Assembly: GCA_001643675.2 (NCBI GenBank)
Contig: LSRY02000011.1
Location: forward strand, 806,001 to 870,000
Reading direction: 5' to 3'
Length of the DNA: 64,000 bases
Origin: Monocercomonoides exilis PA203
Lineage: Eukaryota; Protista; Preaxostyla
Part shown: piece by piece, positions 49,501 to 60,100 of the stretch
Layout: the number at the start of each line of letters is the position of its first letter
Numbering within the stretch: the stretch's first letter is position 1
Program-made: the position numbers and the translations under genes
Notes under the pieces: model-generated
What the model saw: only the letters and a program-made list of their open reading frames with translations
Database searches by the model: none
What the model was told of the DNA's origin: nothing

Positions 49501-50121
49501 GAGATCGGAAAGGGTCTCTATTTGAGAAGAAGATGTATGTCTTTTATTAATTTTTGAGATTTAAGAGAAAGAAAAGGAATTTTTTAAAATTTCTTTGTGA
49601 TGATGTAAATTTGTGTGTTAGAAAATATTTGAATGACGTGAATTTGTTTATTTTGATAGCAAAAAACATTATCATTTCTTTAATTCAAACAACTCATCTT
49701 CATCTTTTTCCACATTCTTTTTATTCTTATTCTTATTCTTATTATCTCTATTAACCTGTCAGTTCTTCTTGGCGGCGGGCTTGATGTGAAATGCACGGAG
49801 CATCTGTACAACGCGGGTCTTCTTTTGGAGAAGATGAAGAGATTCAACGAAGCATTTGTGTTTTATCTGCTGTGCTCTGAGATTATGCGGCACAAGCTGT
49901 ATCATCCAGAGAACCCAGTCCTGGTTCGATGCGAAGGGAGGTTGAGAGCAATTTACGAATTTCGGAAGAAAGTGGAAAAGGCACAGCAGGAAGAGAAGAT
50001 CAGGGCGGAGAAGGAGAGGAAGAGGATTGAGGCGGAAAAAGAGTTCAATGAGGTGGTGAAGGAGCAGGAAGCAGAGTTTGAAAGGAGGAAAAAAGGGAAA
50101 GGGACAGGAAAGGATTTGTGA
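46549..50121 (+). CDS. SMYD-like SET/MYND zinc-finger protein with long charged insert and C-terminal TPR-like helices; ~1114 aa, 2 exons
   Basis: Split SET: GVCSIAARDIKAGEVILEENP ... AHSCWPNC ... ALRDIRKGEPIFFKY. MYND: CHNC..CDC..YCSSECKKEHW..HCDEC. Post-SET CKCPRC. Phase-1 intron 49535-49762 joins ORF 49786-50121. Confidence 0.88.
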
Positions 50122-50680
50122 GTGGGGGTGCAAAGGATGATCATGTTCCAATAAAAAATGTTTCACTTGACATATTTCTTCATTCATGATTCAATTTTTT
50201 TCTTATTTTATAACTTCATCATCGTTTTTTTTTTCTTCCTGGCTTTATTTATTTGATTATTTATTCTGTTGTCTAATAGTCATTTGCGTGATTTCACTGT
50301 GTTATTAACTTTATCTTACTCCATTTTTCTCTTCACAATCACCTTCATTTTTTGATTATTCTTTTTAAACTTCTTTTGAACATTTGCTTGATTCGCAATC
50401 ACAGAATATTTTTGTGCACCAAAAATCGAACAAAATTATTAAAAGTTATTTCAAGGTGAATTTACACTTTTTAACAATTGTACCAAATTCACAGCTATTT
50501 GTTTGAAATTTTGTAATTTTGTAAAATGTTGCTGCTTTAAAAAAATAATAAAGAATGAAATGAATAAAAGAAACGAAAACAATAATCTTTTTCAAAAACA
50601 GAAAAGAAAGGCCTTATAATTTGAATTACAACCTCCATCTTCTCTCCAAACAACCTAATTAAATACAAAAATCATAATAT

Positions 50681-52516
50681 TTATTCGTAATAATTTATCC
50701 CCATCGCTTCATAACATTTTTTAATATGTTTCAGTCTGACCTGAAAATCTTCTCTATTTTTCCTCTCTTTAGAGCTCCACAGTGCCTCTGCAAGTGCTGC
50801 CGTGCGGGGAAACAGCCTTCTGTCGCATTCGCTGTCGCTTTCAACATATTCTGTCCACAAGCAACCTTCCCCACCAAGCACCTTCGCCCGCTCTGCTTCA
50901 GACAATCTTGATGGTGCCGGCAAAAACGAGTACACATCGTCAATTGTCACAAGAAATTGTCTGGCATGTTTTGTACGTGCTGCCTCTTTCGACGTTTGCG
51001 GAAAGTCAAAATAAGTCTGATCAACAGGAGTTGATACCACATCGTGCCCACTTTTCAGTGCTTGCTCAAGCGCTTCTTCGCCTCTCCAGGCAATCACAGT
51101 GACGGAAGACGGATCTGAAAACGCTCTTGTAGTGACAGCATCATCACGCACAAGGTATTCATCAGGGGTGTTACTGAATGAGGTGGATGAAGTGGATGCA
51201 GAAGATGAAGTGCGTGCAATTTGAGAGAAGGAAGAAAATGATATAGCTGATGATTCTGATGTGATCGAAGTGGAAAGTCGCTGTGATGAAGATGATTCAT
51301 CTTCAACACTGTTGGCATTCTTATTTGCGGATCGACCTCTTTGTGAAGCTTTTGTCATGACGTCATCCAAAAAGAAAGTGTTCATTTCGTCTAATTCGTC
51401 GATTCCTGCATCTTTCATCACTTTCGTGCATTCTTTGCAAGCCAACCACTCTCTCAGCGTCACCTCATCTCCTCCCAAGCATATTTTCGTCCCGGCTCCT
51501 CCAAACATTTTCCTCGCTTCGACGATGATGTTCGCCAATGTTTCGCGAACAGACTCCTTCACACAGCACACACATCCAATGTGCCCCATTCTGGATGGAA
51601 CAGTACGGTTGATGGTTGAATCACAGCTTAATGAAGGAATTGAAGCAAGCAATGCAGCAGCATGACCTGGAATTTCAATCTCTGGAATAACTGTAATGAA
51701 CAATGACTCAGCATATGAAACAATAGCCTTCACATCGTTAGAAGTGTAAAAGCCACCATAGTTCCCATTGCTAACATATCCAACTTCTTCATCGAATAAT
51801 CTATTATCACTTTTTGAATTTGAAGACATAGTTTTATTTGCTCTAAAAGCACCAATTTCTGTAAGAGAAGGATATTTTGCAAGTTGCAATCTCCATCCTT
51901 GATCGTCTGTAAGGTGCCAATGAAACCTATTCAGTTTGTGGTATGCCATAATATCCAAAATTGTCTTTATTTTATTCACCGAAAAGAAGTGTCTACTGCA
52001 ATCAAGCATAAGTCCTCTGTATTCATATTGAGGAGCATCAGCAATAACACCACATGGGATGGACCAAACAATTGGCTCTGGTATAGAAGATAAATGCTCA
52101 ATTTTCTCAGAAAGCAGTTGTCGAAGGGTTTGGAATGCATAAAACAATCCAGCTTCTGAATTCGATTCCACAATTATTCTGTCTTGCTTGATAGTGAGGT
52201 GATAAGCTTCTTCAGATGTTAGATTCACTGAAGTTGAAATGATAATTGAATTGTCAAATTGATGAGAAGCATTGTTTTCAACAACAGATTCTTCTAAGGT
52301 ATATCCGCACACACTATTTAGTCGCTGCTGAAGAGGTTGAAAACATTTATGATACGAACTTGTTTGAAATGGAAGTAGAATTCTCGTTGTTTTACTCAAT
52401 ATGAAATGTCCGGGCAATGAATCGACAGATTGCGGATTTGGAATAATGTGAAACGCATTTTTGCTTTCACATTTTAAATTATGCAATAAAAATATTTCTA
52501 ATAACACAAAAAGCAT
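50681..52516 (-). CDS. Beta-N-acetylhexosaminidase, glycoside hydrolase family 20, secreted, intronless
   Basis: Signal peptide; GH20b N-domain (IIPNPQ, EAYHLTI, GLFYAFQTLRQL); YRGLMLDCSRHFF, FHWHLTDDQGWR, VIPEIEIPGH, catalytic GGDE, GGEGCLWTEY, FPRTAALAE. Confidence 0.95.
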   Translation of the reverse strand: MLFVLLEIFLLHNLKCESKNAFHIIPNPQSVDSLPGHFILSKTTRILLPFQTSSYHKCFQPLQQRLNSVCGYTLEESVVENNASHQFDNSIIISTSVNLTSEEAYHLTIKQDRIIVESNSEAGLFYAFQTLRQLLSEKIEHLSSIPEPIVWSIPCGVIADAPQYEYRGLMLDCSRHFFSVNKIKTILDIMAYHKLNRFHWHLTDDQGWRLQLAKYPSLTEIGAFRANKTMSSNSKSDNRLFDEEVGYVSNGNYGGFYTSNDVKAIVSYAESLFITVIPEIEIPGHAAALLASIPSLSCDSTINRTVPSRMGHIGCVCCVKESVRETLANIIVEARKMFGGAGTKICLGGDEVTLREWLACKECTKVMKDAGIDELDEMNTFFLDDVMTKASQRGRSANKNANSVEDESSSSQRLSTSITSESSAISFSSFSQIARTSSSASTSSTSFSNTPDEYLVRDDAVTTRAFSDPSSVTVIAWRGEEALEQALKSGHDVVSTPVDQTYFDFPQTSKEAARTKHARQFLVTIDDVYSFLPAPSRLSEAERAKVLGGEGCLWTEYVESDSECDRRLFPRTAALAEALWSSKERKNREDFQVRLKHIKKCYEAMGINYYE

Positions 52517-52700
52517 TTTTACACCAGTTTAAATTAAATATTCAAATAAATGTATGGGTTGAAGGTGATAGAAATAATATTGAGAAGACTCAATAATAAA
52601 TTTCAAAAGTGAATAATTGACATTGTTCATTCATAAATGAAAAATGCAATTTTGATCCATAATAATTTAGATTACTCAAGTATTTTTTTATTTTTTTGAG

Positions 52701-55700
52701 ATGCCTCCTCGAAGAAGAACTTCCATCAAAAAAAAGTATGGAATCTTTTATTATAAAAAGCGTTATTGTTTATTTTTTTCGGAAGAACAAATGCTGATAA
52801 TGCGGATGCTTCAGAAAACAAAGTTCCATTAAATACATCTGAAACAACAGCTTCTGAAATTGAGTTCGTTTTGAAGCGTTATTGTTTTAATTTGGGCAAT
52901 ATTTTATATAATTCTATTTTATTTTTGATTCTTAATTGAAGTTTTGAACATCCAGATAAGACCATAAGCCAGAATTCAAATAAAGTTCACTCACCATCTG
53001 TACGAAAAAGCAAAAGTAAGCTAAGTACAGAGCCAAGTTCACAAGGTCAAAACGATGCAATGAATGATGAATTAAAAGCAGATAATGATGATATTTTCAT
53101 GCTGAAACCAGAAAAAGTAAATCCGAGAAAGGAAAAATCAAATGAAAAGGGACATAAAAGAAAAAAGCTTGATATAGAGGATGACAAAAACACTAAAAAA
53201 GATCCGCAAGTAATTTCAAACGATATTTTTACGCCACCTCCTCTTTCAGCTATTCCTCCCCATCTTCTTCCGAAAATGTCTGAAAAAGGAGGTTTAATAT
53301 CATCCAGCATCTTGGAGAAAGGTGGTCTTATTCCTGTTGGCGCTAAATCAGATGAAACAAAAGAGTTACCTTATGGTGAATCAGCTTCTGCTTCTCTTCC
53401 TGAAAGCAATAAACAAAAGCAAACAATTCCGAAAACTGAGGTGAAAAAAGAAGAATCGCCTGTTTTAGAAACTTCCAATGGAGGAAAACCAACATTGGAA
53501 AGCCCACATCAAAATTCTGGAAATATTATCAAAGAAGATGAAAGTGAAATACTGAAGCCAGAAGTCAAAGATGACAACAAAAAAACTGCGGTTGTGAATC
53601 CTCCTCAAAAGCCCAAGCCTTCGAGGTTAATCAACACTCTAGCTGAAAAGGATGTAAATGCAGGGAATGCTGCAATTCCATCTTCTTCAGGATTTCCAGT
53701 TTTAAGCCCATATGACTCCAAAACGTATGTTTTTTATTGTTTTATTGAGTTGTGTTTCATCTTTTTGTAATTTGCTAATAATTTGTGATGAATCATTCTC
53801 GATTAAAAAAAATATTATTATTCATTGGAAAAAACGAAATTTTCTTTATTTTCCTTATACTATTTTCTTCTTCCTCTCTGTCTAATACATTTATATCCAA
53901 AGTGATGCCCAAATGTTGTTAACGGCCAACATGCCTCGTCCTTTCGTTTCCCATCCAATTCCGAATGCATTTAACATTGATCCCCCGCCTCGTCCACCTT
54001 CGCCTTTTTCTTCGCAATCATCTCATCCGTTTCAAACGCCTGGGCGTTTCGCTCCTTCTTTTTATGATTCTCCAATGAAGATGCCTCGTGACTCGTTACC
54101 CATCAGAGCTCGAAGCAAATCTCGCACATCTCCACTTCATCCTTCTCCATCTTCTTATCCCTCATCTTCTTCCTCCCCTTCGTATTCCTCATCCATAGCA
54201 CTTCCTCCCTTTGCGCCTTCTTCATCTGCGGTTAATGCTTTTGCATCAATGGGAGTTAATAGTACAGGATACAACACTGGAATTCACATGGACAATGGCC
54301 CAATAACAAGACAAAGAAGCACAAGCCGAAAGTCAATTTCATCAGAAGCTAATCGTATTCCACAGCCAAGCAATGAAAAGCCATCAAAGGAAACTGGCAA
54401 AGACACGAAACTCAATTCAGATGAACAGAAAGATCAAAATAACAAAAACAAAGCCAAATTTTCATTTTCTTCATTTTTCAAAAACTTGTTTGAGAAGATA
54501 GAGCCAACATCTCCACAGCAACAATCGCAGCAACAACCTTTGGAAAATGTTGAAGAAAAGCATATTGAGTCACCTCAGCCTGTCCAGCCACCAGAAGACG
54601 CTTCTCAACCTCCTTCAAAGAAGGCACATAAGAGCGTGAGTGATTGGTTGAAAGTTATCTCATATATTCTGGGTTTCATTCTTTGTGTGTGGGTTTCTGT
54701 TTCTTTCACATTCGAAGCTGTGTATCGAGTGAACATATATCGGAGCGAACTTCGTTTGAAGAAAGGAATTTCTGATGCTTCTTCTTTGGATGACGCTGCA
54801 TCAGATTCTGTTTTGCATTCACTTAAAGCGATATTCCCGATTATCAAAGCAAATGACAGCATCTTGCAGTTTATGTATTTCAGCAACGAAACAAACAAGT
54901 TGATGTGCAAATGTGGAGAAGAGATTATAAGACCTTGCACACTTGTGGATTTCGTTCGGCTGCCTGCTGTCTTTACAATTTCAACATTAATTCCTACAAT
55001 TTGGTTGATTGTGAAGATAATCATTGCAATCCTTTTACTTCCAATAAAGCTCCTTTTCATGCTTCAACCCAGTAACATCTTGCGCCATTTGGGGTCAAAC
55101 TCGAATTTGCTTTCGAAGCGTCCGTCTGAAATTGATCTGATCTGCACAAACAGCTCTGCTTTTGGTGAGGCAGCGGCTGTTGTCACGTATGAGATGATGC
55201 AGCAGGTAGCTTCACAGAGAGTGAAATCGGTGTGCAGCGAGCTGTCAATGCCAACGACTTCAGTCTTTGCCTTTTGGAGAGGAAAAGAGAAGAAAACGAA
55301 CGATCCGTGGAAGAGCCTGTATCAAGAAAAAGGGAGAAGAGCGAGCTTTGGAAAGGAAGAAGTGAACAAAAGCGAGATTAGTGTAACAGGGATTGGGTTA
55401 AGGAGGAAGCATTTGGAGAATTTGATGGTGAAGGAATTTGGCCAATGGATTACAGAGAAATGCATGGAAAGAAAAAGCATAACAAAAAGTGGAGCTCAAT
55501 CCTCTATCACTGGAAGTTCATTTGGAAGAGGCAAAACAAAAGCTGAATCAGAAAAAACAGAAACAGTGGCAACTTCATCTGAGCTGATTCCTTTGACATT
55601 GGAGCAGATGAATGTTTTGTCTGCTGCTGAGGAGCTTTTAGTCTCTCCGCTGACTTCTCCATTTTTCTCCTCTCTCGTCTCTCATCTTCAGCAGCTGTTT

Positions 55701-56564
55701 CCTGGCTGCTCTACAAACCCAACAGACACCTGCTATGTTCTACCACACAACTTCATTCACGACAAAACCACAGACGAATTCATGTGCGAAATCCCGTCTT
55801 CTGGAAAGGCACTGTGGGATCTGGCCTGCTCTTCTGGCTTGTCTTCTTCTGCTGCTGAGTGCAAACCTTCTCTTCTCGGCTTCCCGTTCCCTTGCAGCGT
55901 TGGTCTGTACATCCATACGCATCGTTTGCAGTTTGCGCTGGCAACACTTTTGTTTATTGCAATTGTCGTTGGCTGTGTGTATCTGTTGGTGAAACTCAAG
56001 AAGAGACAGGCGAGTCACAGGAGAGTGGAGAAGATGACGAAGTTATCGTTGGCTCTGCTGCGGGAGCAGGCCAATCTCTCTCAAAAGGAAAGAGCTGCGA
56101 ATAGGAGATTTAGCAGTCGCGACTCGCGCTATGGCGAATTAAGCAGCGAGCAGAAAAACGAAATTGAGAGTGCTTTGGCAGAGTCGGGTCTTGACATGGG
56201 GCTGTTTACTATTCATGTGAAGCAGTTTGTGCTGAATGCGATGAAAAAGAACGAAAGAGCGCTTTTGCTGGAGAAGGAATGGAAGAAAGCAGAGGCGCAA
56301 ATAGAGAATGATGCAAGGGTGACAACCAGCTGGAAGGAGGAAAACGGAGTGCGTGGCAAAACATGGACGTGGAATTGCTCATTCTTGTTGGGATATGAGG
56401 ATGTGCCATCGCTCAGTGCATTGATGTCAGGGGAGAAGAAGGGAGGAAAGAAAAAGGGAAGAGGAGGGTTGAAAAGATTCGGTATTAGCAGAATATGGAA
56501 TAGAGCGAAAAAGGGAATGGAAGAGCTAAGTGAGGAGGAAGATGCTGATATGTTGAATAGTTAA
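52701..56564 (+). CDS. Man1/Src1(Heh1)-like inner nuclear membrane protein (MSC C-terminal domain); ~1185 aa, 4 exons
   Basis: Exons 52701-52735, 52786-52863, 52942-53724 and 53903-56564 (all phase-2 GT-AG). Long disordered N-terminus, hydrophobic helices flanking a Cys-containing luminal region, and C-terminal EWKKAEAQIENDARVTTSWKEENGVRGKTWTW matching the MSC winged-helix end motif. Confidence 0.7.
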
Positions 56565-57101
56565 TTAACAATTGAGAAAAAAAAAGGAATTCTAAATAAA
56601 ATTCAAATTCATTTCATTTCAAATGTAAAATTGAAAAGGGAGGAAAACAATCAGGATAAGTTGAATTTTCTTGAATTTGCGTGCTCTAAACGAAATAACA
56701 GTAATCAAAAAATAAACGTTCAATTCATATACAAGAATACATATGAATGTGTATTCAATTAAAGTATATCTTTTATCAAAGTTCTTATTTGTGAGAATAG
56801 CTTTGAAATATGTTAAGAACTCATTTTTTGTTTCGAGCATTTTCTTTTTTCATCACTTCAATGCAAAAAAATTGAAATTATTGGATTGAATGATATATTT
56901 GTTTTAAATGAGTAACTGAGAAATATTAAACACTAATACACAAACAGTGACACAAAAAAATAGACAATTAAAAATTAAAAATGAGAAAAATAGTGAAAAA
57001 AATAAAACATTTGAAATGGAAATAATAAGTTAATGTGAATTTTTGGTACAATCTAATATAAAAACTTGGTGTCGAAAAAGAAAAAAAGACAAACAATAAA
57101 C

Positions 57102-60100
57102 TTAAAAATTGATGAATACTCTTCCACTTTCAAACGCCAGATAACCAAATGGCTCAGATAAACTCTGTCCTCCAATGTTTCTCAGCATAACTGGATGTGT
57201 CTGAATTGAAAATCTTTCATCGTCATTATTCGCTGCAAAGAGAAATTCCTTCACAAGAGAAGTCGATTGTGGCTCAAATGGAGCAGCGTAAGAGACTTTG
57301 CAGCAGCTCCAGCGGCGCATGCGTCGAGTGCATAGCACGCCAATATGAGAAGAAGACGAAGCAGACGAAGAGAAATCCTTGTCGGGGTCAGATGATGAAG
57401 ATGCAGATGATGACGGTGAGGATAATGAAGAGTCATACGAAAGAATAGATTCTGATTCTGCTGATCGCTTTGTAAGTCCAAAGACTTGATCGCATTTCAA
57501 TGCCATCGCCTCGATCCATTGCTTGCTTCCAACCACAACCGCAGCTCGGATGCTGATTGGATCACTCAGATCGAAAACAGAGCGATTGGAAGATGACTGG
57601 GGAAAGGACGTTGAGGAAGGAGGAACCAGGGATGAAGATAATTCGTTGTTCCATCCAACAATCGAAGGAAACAGAGAAGAAGCAAACAGAGGCATTTTTG
57701 GTGCAGAAGAGAAATTAGATGGATGAAATGATACAAACGTTGAGATCTCCTTAATCAGAGCGCTTTTCCAATCCGTCAATGGCTCTCCATGCAATCCCAA
57801 TTTCAGTTTCTTTGATGGTGTTGATTCTTCTTTATTCTCTTTTGAGATGTCTGTTTGCTTTTTCTCTGTCTGTTTCTGGCTGTTTTGCAGTGAGTCAGTT
57901 TCTCTTTCTTCAGAACCAATTTTTCCTGTTGTTGTTCCATTTGGTGCGTTACTGTTCCATTTAGAGTTTGGCATTCCCCAACTTCCGCGATTATCATCTT
58001 CATCATCTTCATCCTCATCATCATCATCATCATCGCTATCATTTCCAAATCTCTTATTGCCAAAGCGATTATTTGCGAAAATCGACTCTTTGTCTTCTTT
58101 TTTATTTGCCTTTTTTCTCGTTTTTTCGTCTTCTGCATCGGCTTCTTCAGTTGTTGGAGTGAACTCCTGATAAAGATAGTGATCGTGTGCTATTGTGGCA
58201 GCCTTGCGAAACGCTGAGAAAGCGACTTGAAGAAAGAGCTTTTGATGAAATGGCTTTATAAATTTTTCACTGGACAAAGTTTCAGTTTCAGATGGCTTAT
58301 CTGAGGAAGAAGAAGAAGATGATGATGATGACTGATTGCTCTGTTGTGTCTCTTTCTGCATTGAAAAAGAATAATACGAAGAGCGATAACCAGAACCAAA
58401 GGAGTATTCAGAGTATGAAGACAAAGACGAGCCAGTTGCTTTAGCTTTTGTTTTCGGCTTTTCCCAGTTTTCTCCGTTGAGCAGTCTTCTCACAGACAGC
58501 GCAAGTGCGTTGTTTGGCAAATATCCATTGTACACTTCAACAATCTGAGGCATTGAAGAAAGCGATAAAGTGACAGATTTTGTGCTTTGTGATGAATTAG
58601 TTGATGAAGAAGAAGATGAAGAAGAGAAGGGAAATGGCTTATTGCTTCCAACTGCTGAAGTTGATTGATTTCCAAGAGGTGCAAATGGACTAAGAAACGG
58701 AGAAATAGAAGGTTTCGGAATAATATTTCCAGAAGTGTATTTCTCCGAAAAATGAACCCTTCCATCAGGCACTTCATCATCATCTTCATCATCATCGCTA
58801 TCATCCTCCACATCTTCTCCTTCCCTCCCTTTATTCGCTTTCTTCTTCTCATCCATTTCTTCTCTTTGCATCTTCCCGCAAACACACTTCGTCCCAAAGC
58901 AGCTCTCCTTTATGTGATAGCAGCTGAGGCAGACTCGCTCGTACTTCAAGTCAATCAGCGTGTCTGCTGCTGAGTTTGTATCCAGCAGAACAAAGCTGCT
59001 CAAAATAAGGCGCCGTAGAAGATGGAACTGTGATGGCGAAATCAGGTCGCTCGCATCTGGTGCTAACAATTCTTCATTTTCGTTTGCTTCGCTATTTCTG
59101 TCTGCTTCTGTAAGAGAATATGACGCTGAAGCAGCAGAAGCCACAGAAAGCTGCTGGGAGGCCTGTGGATGTGCAGGGCGAATGGAGAACTGGTTTGGTG
59201 TTGTCGAAATGACTGGAGATTCTGGCTGCTCTAAAGCAGAGTCTGCATTGACTCCGGCAGATGGCAAATGAGGAGATGAAGATAGCTGAGGTGGCTGTTC
59301 GGTGTCATCAGAACTGGAAGAGTAGGAAGAATATGCTGATTTTGAGGGGAAATCGTATGATGCAGAAGGAGAAGGTGTGCTACTTCCTCTTCTTCTTCTC
59401 GAAGGTTGCTCTGCTGAAAAGGCAGGCTCTGTTGGAGACAGAGGAGAAAGTGAATGAGCAGCAACAGAAGAAGAAGACGATGATGAAGGAAACTGATAGG
59501 ACTGAAATGGAGAGAGAGAAGGTGATGTGAGAAGAGGGGAGCTGTCCAGCGTTGGAGTTAGTGAAGGCGACTGAGGCGGAGTGATTGGGCTGAATGTGTG
59601 CGAAGATGAGTGAAACGAGCTGAAGGGAGAAGAAGTCCGAGACGATGGAGAAATGGAAGAAGAAGAAGAAGAAGAAGAGGAAGAGGAAGCAGAAGATGAA
59701 GAAGAAGAAGGATGAGAAGAAGAAAAACTGAGAGAGACGGAAGAACGCAATGGATTCAATGGTTTCATCCCGTCGCGCACCAACGGAGGCAAGTCGCTTG
59801 ACAGCTCGATCCCTTTCCGAAGCAGCGAAACTGGTGTGGTTTCTGCTTTGTGCGCCTCTTTGGCTGCTCTGTCATCCAATTTGTGGAGTATTTTGAGTCT
59901 TTTTTCGTTCAAAGCAGCCAAACCTGGTAAATCTTTTCCATTCAAAAATGAATCGTATGCTTCCCCGCTGTAAAGAGAGCTCAAATACAACTCTTCGTCT
60001 TCGGCCACAAGCTGAGTGTAGTTTTCGTCGCTGCTGAAAGACGGGAGAGAAGAAAACGTATTGAATAGATGCAGTCTGCGGGGTTCTTCTCCATTCAGTG

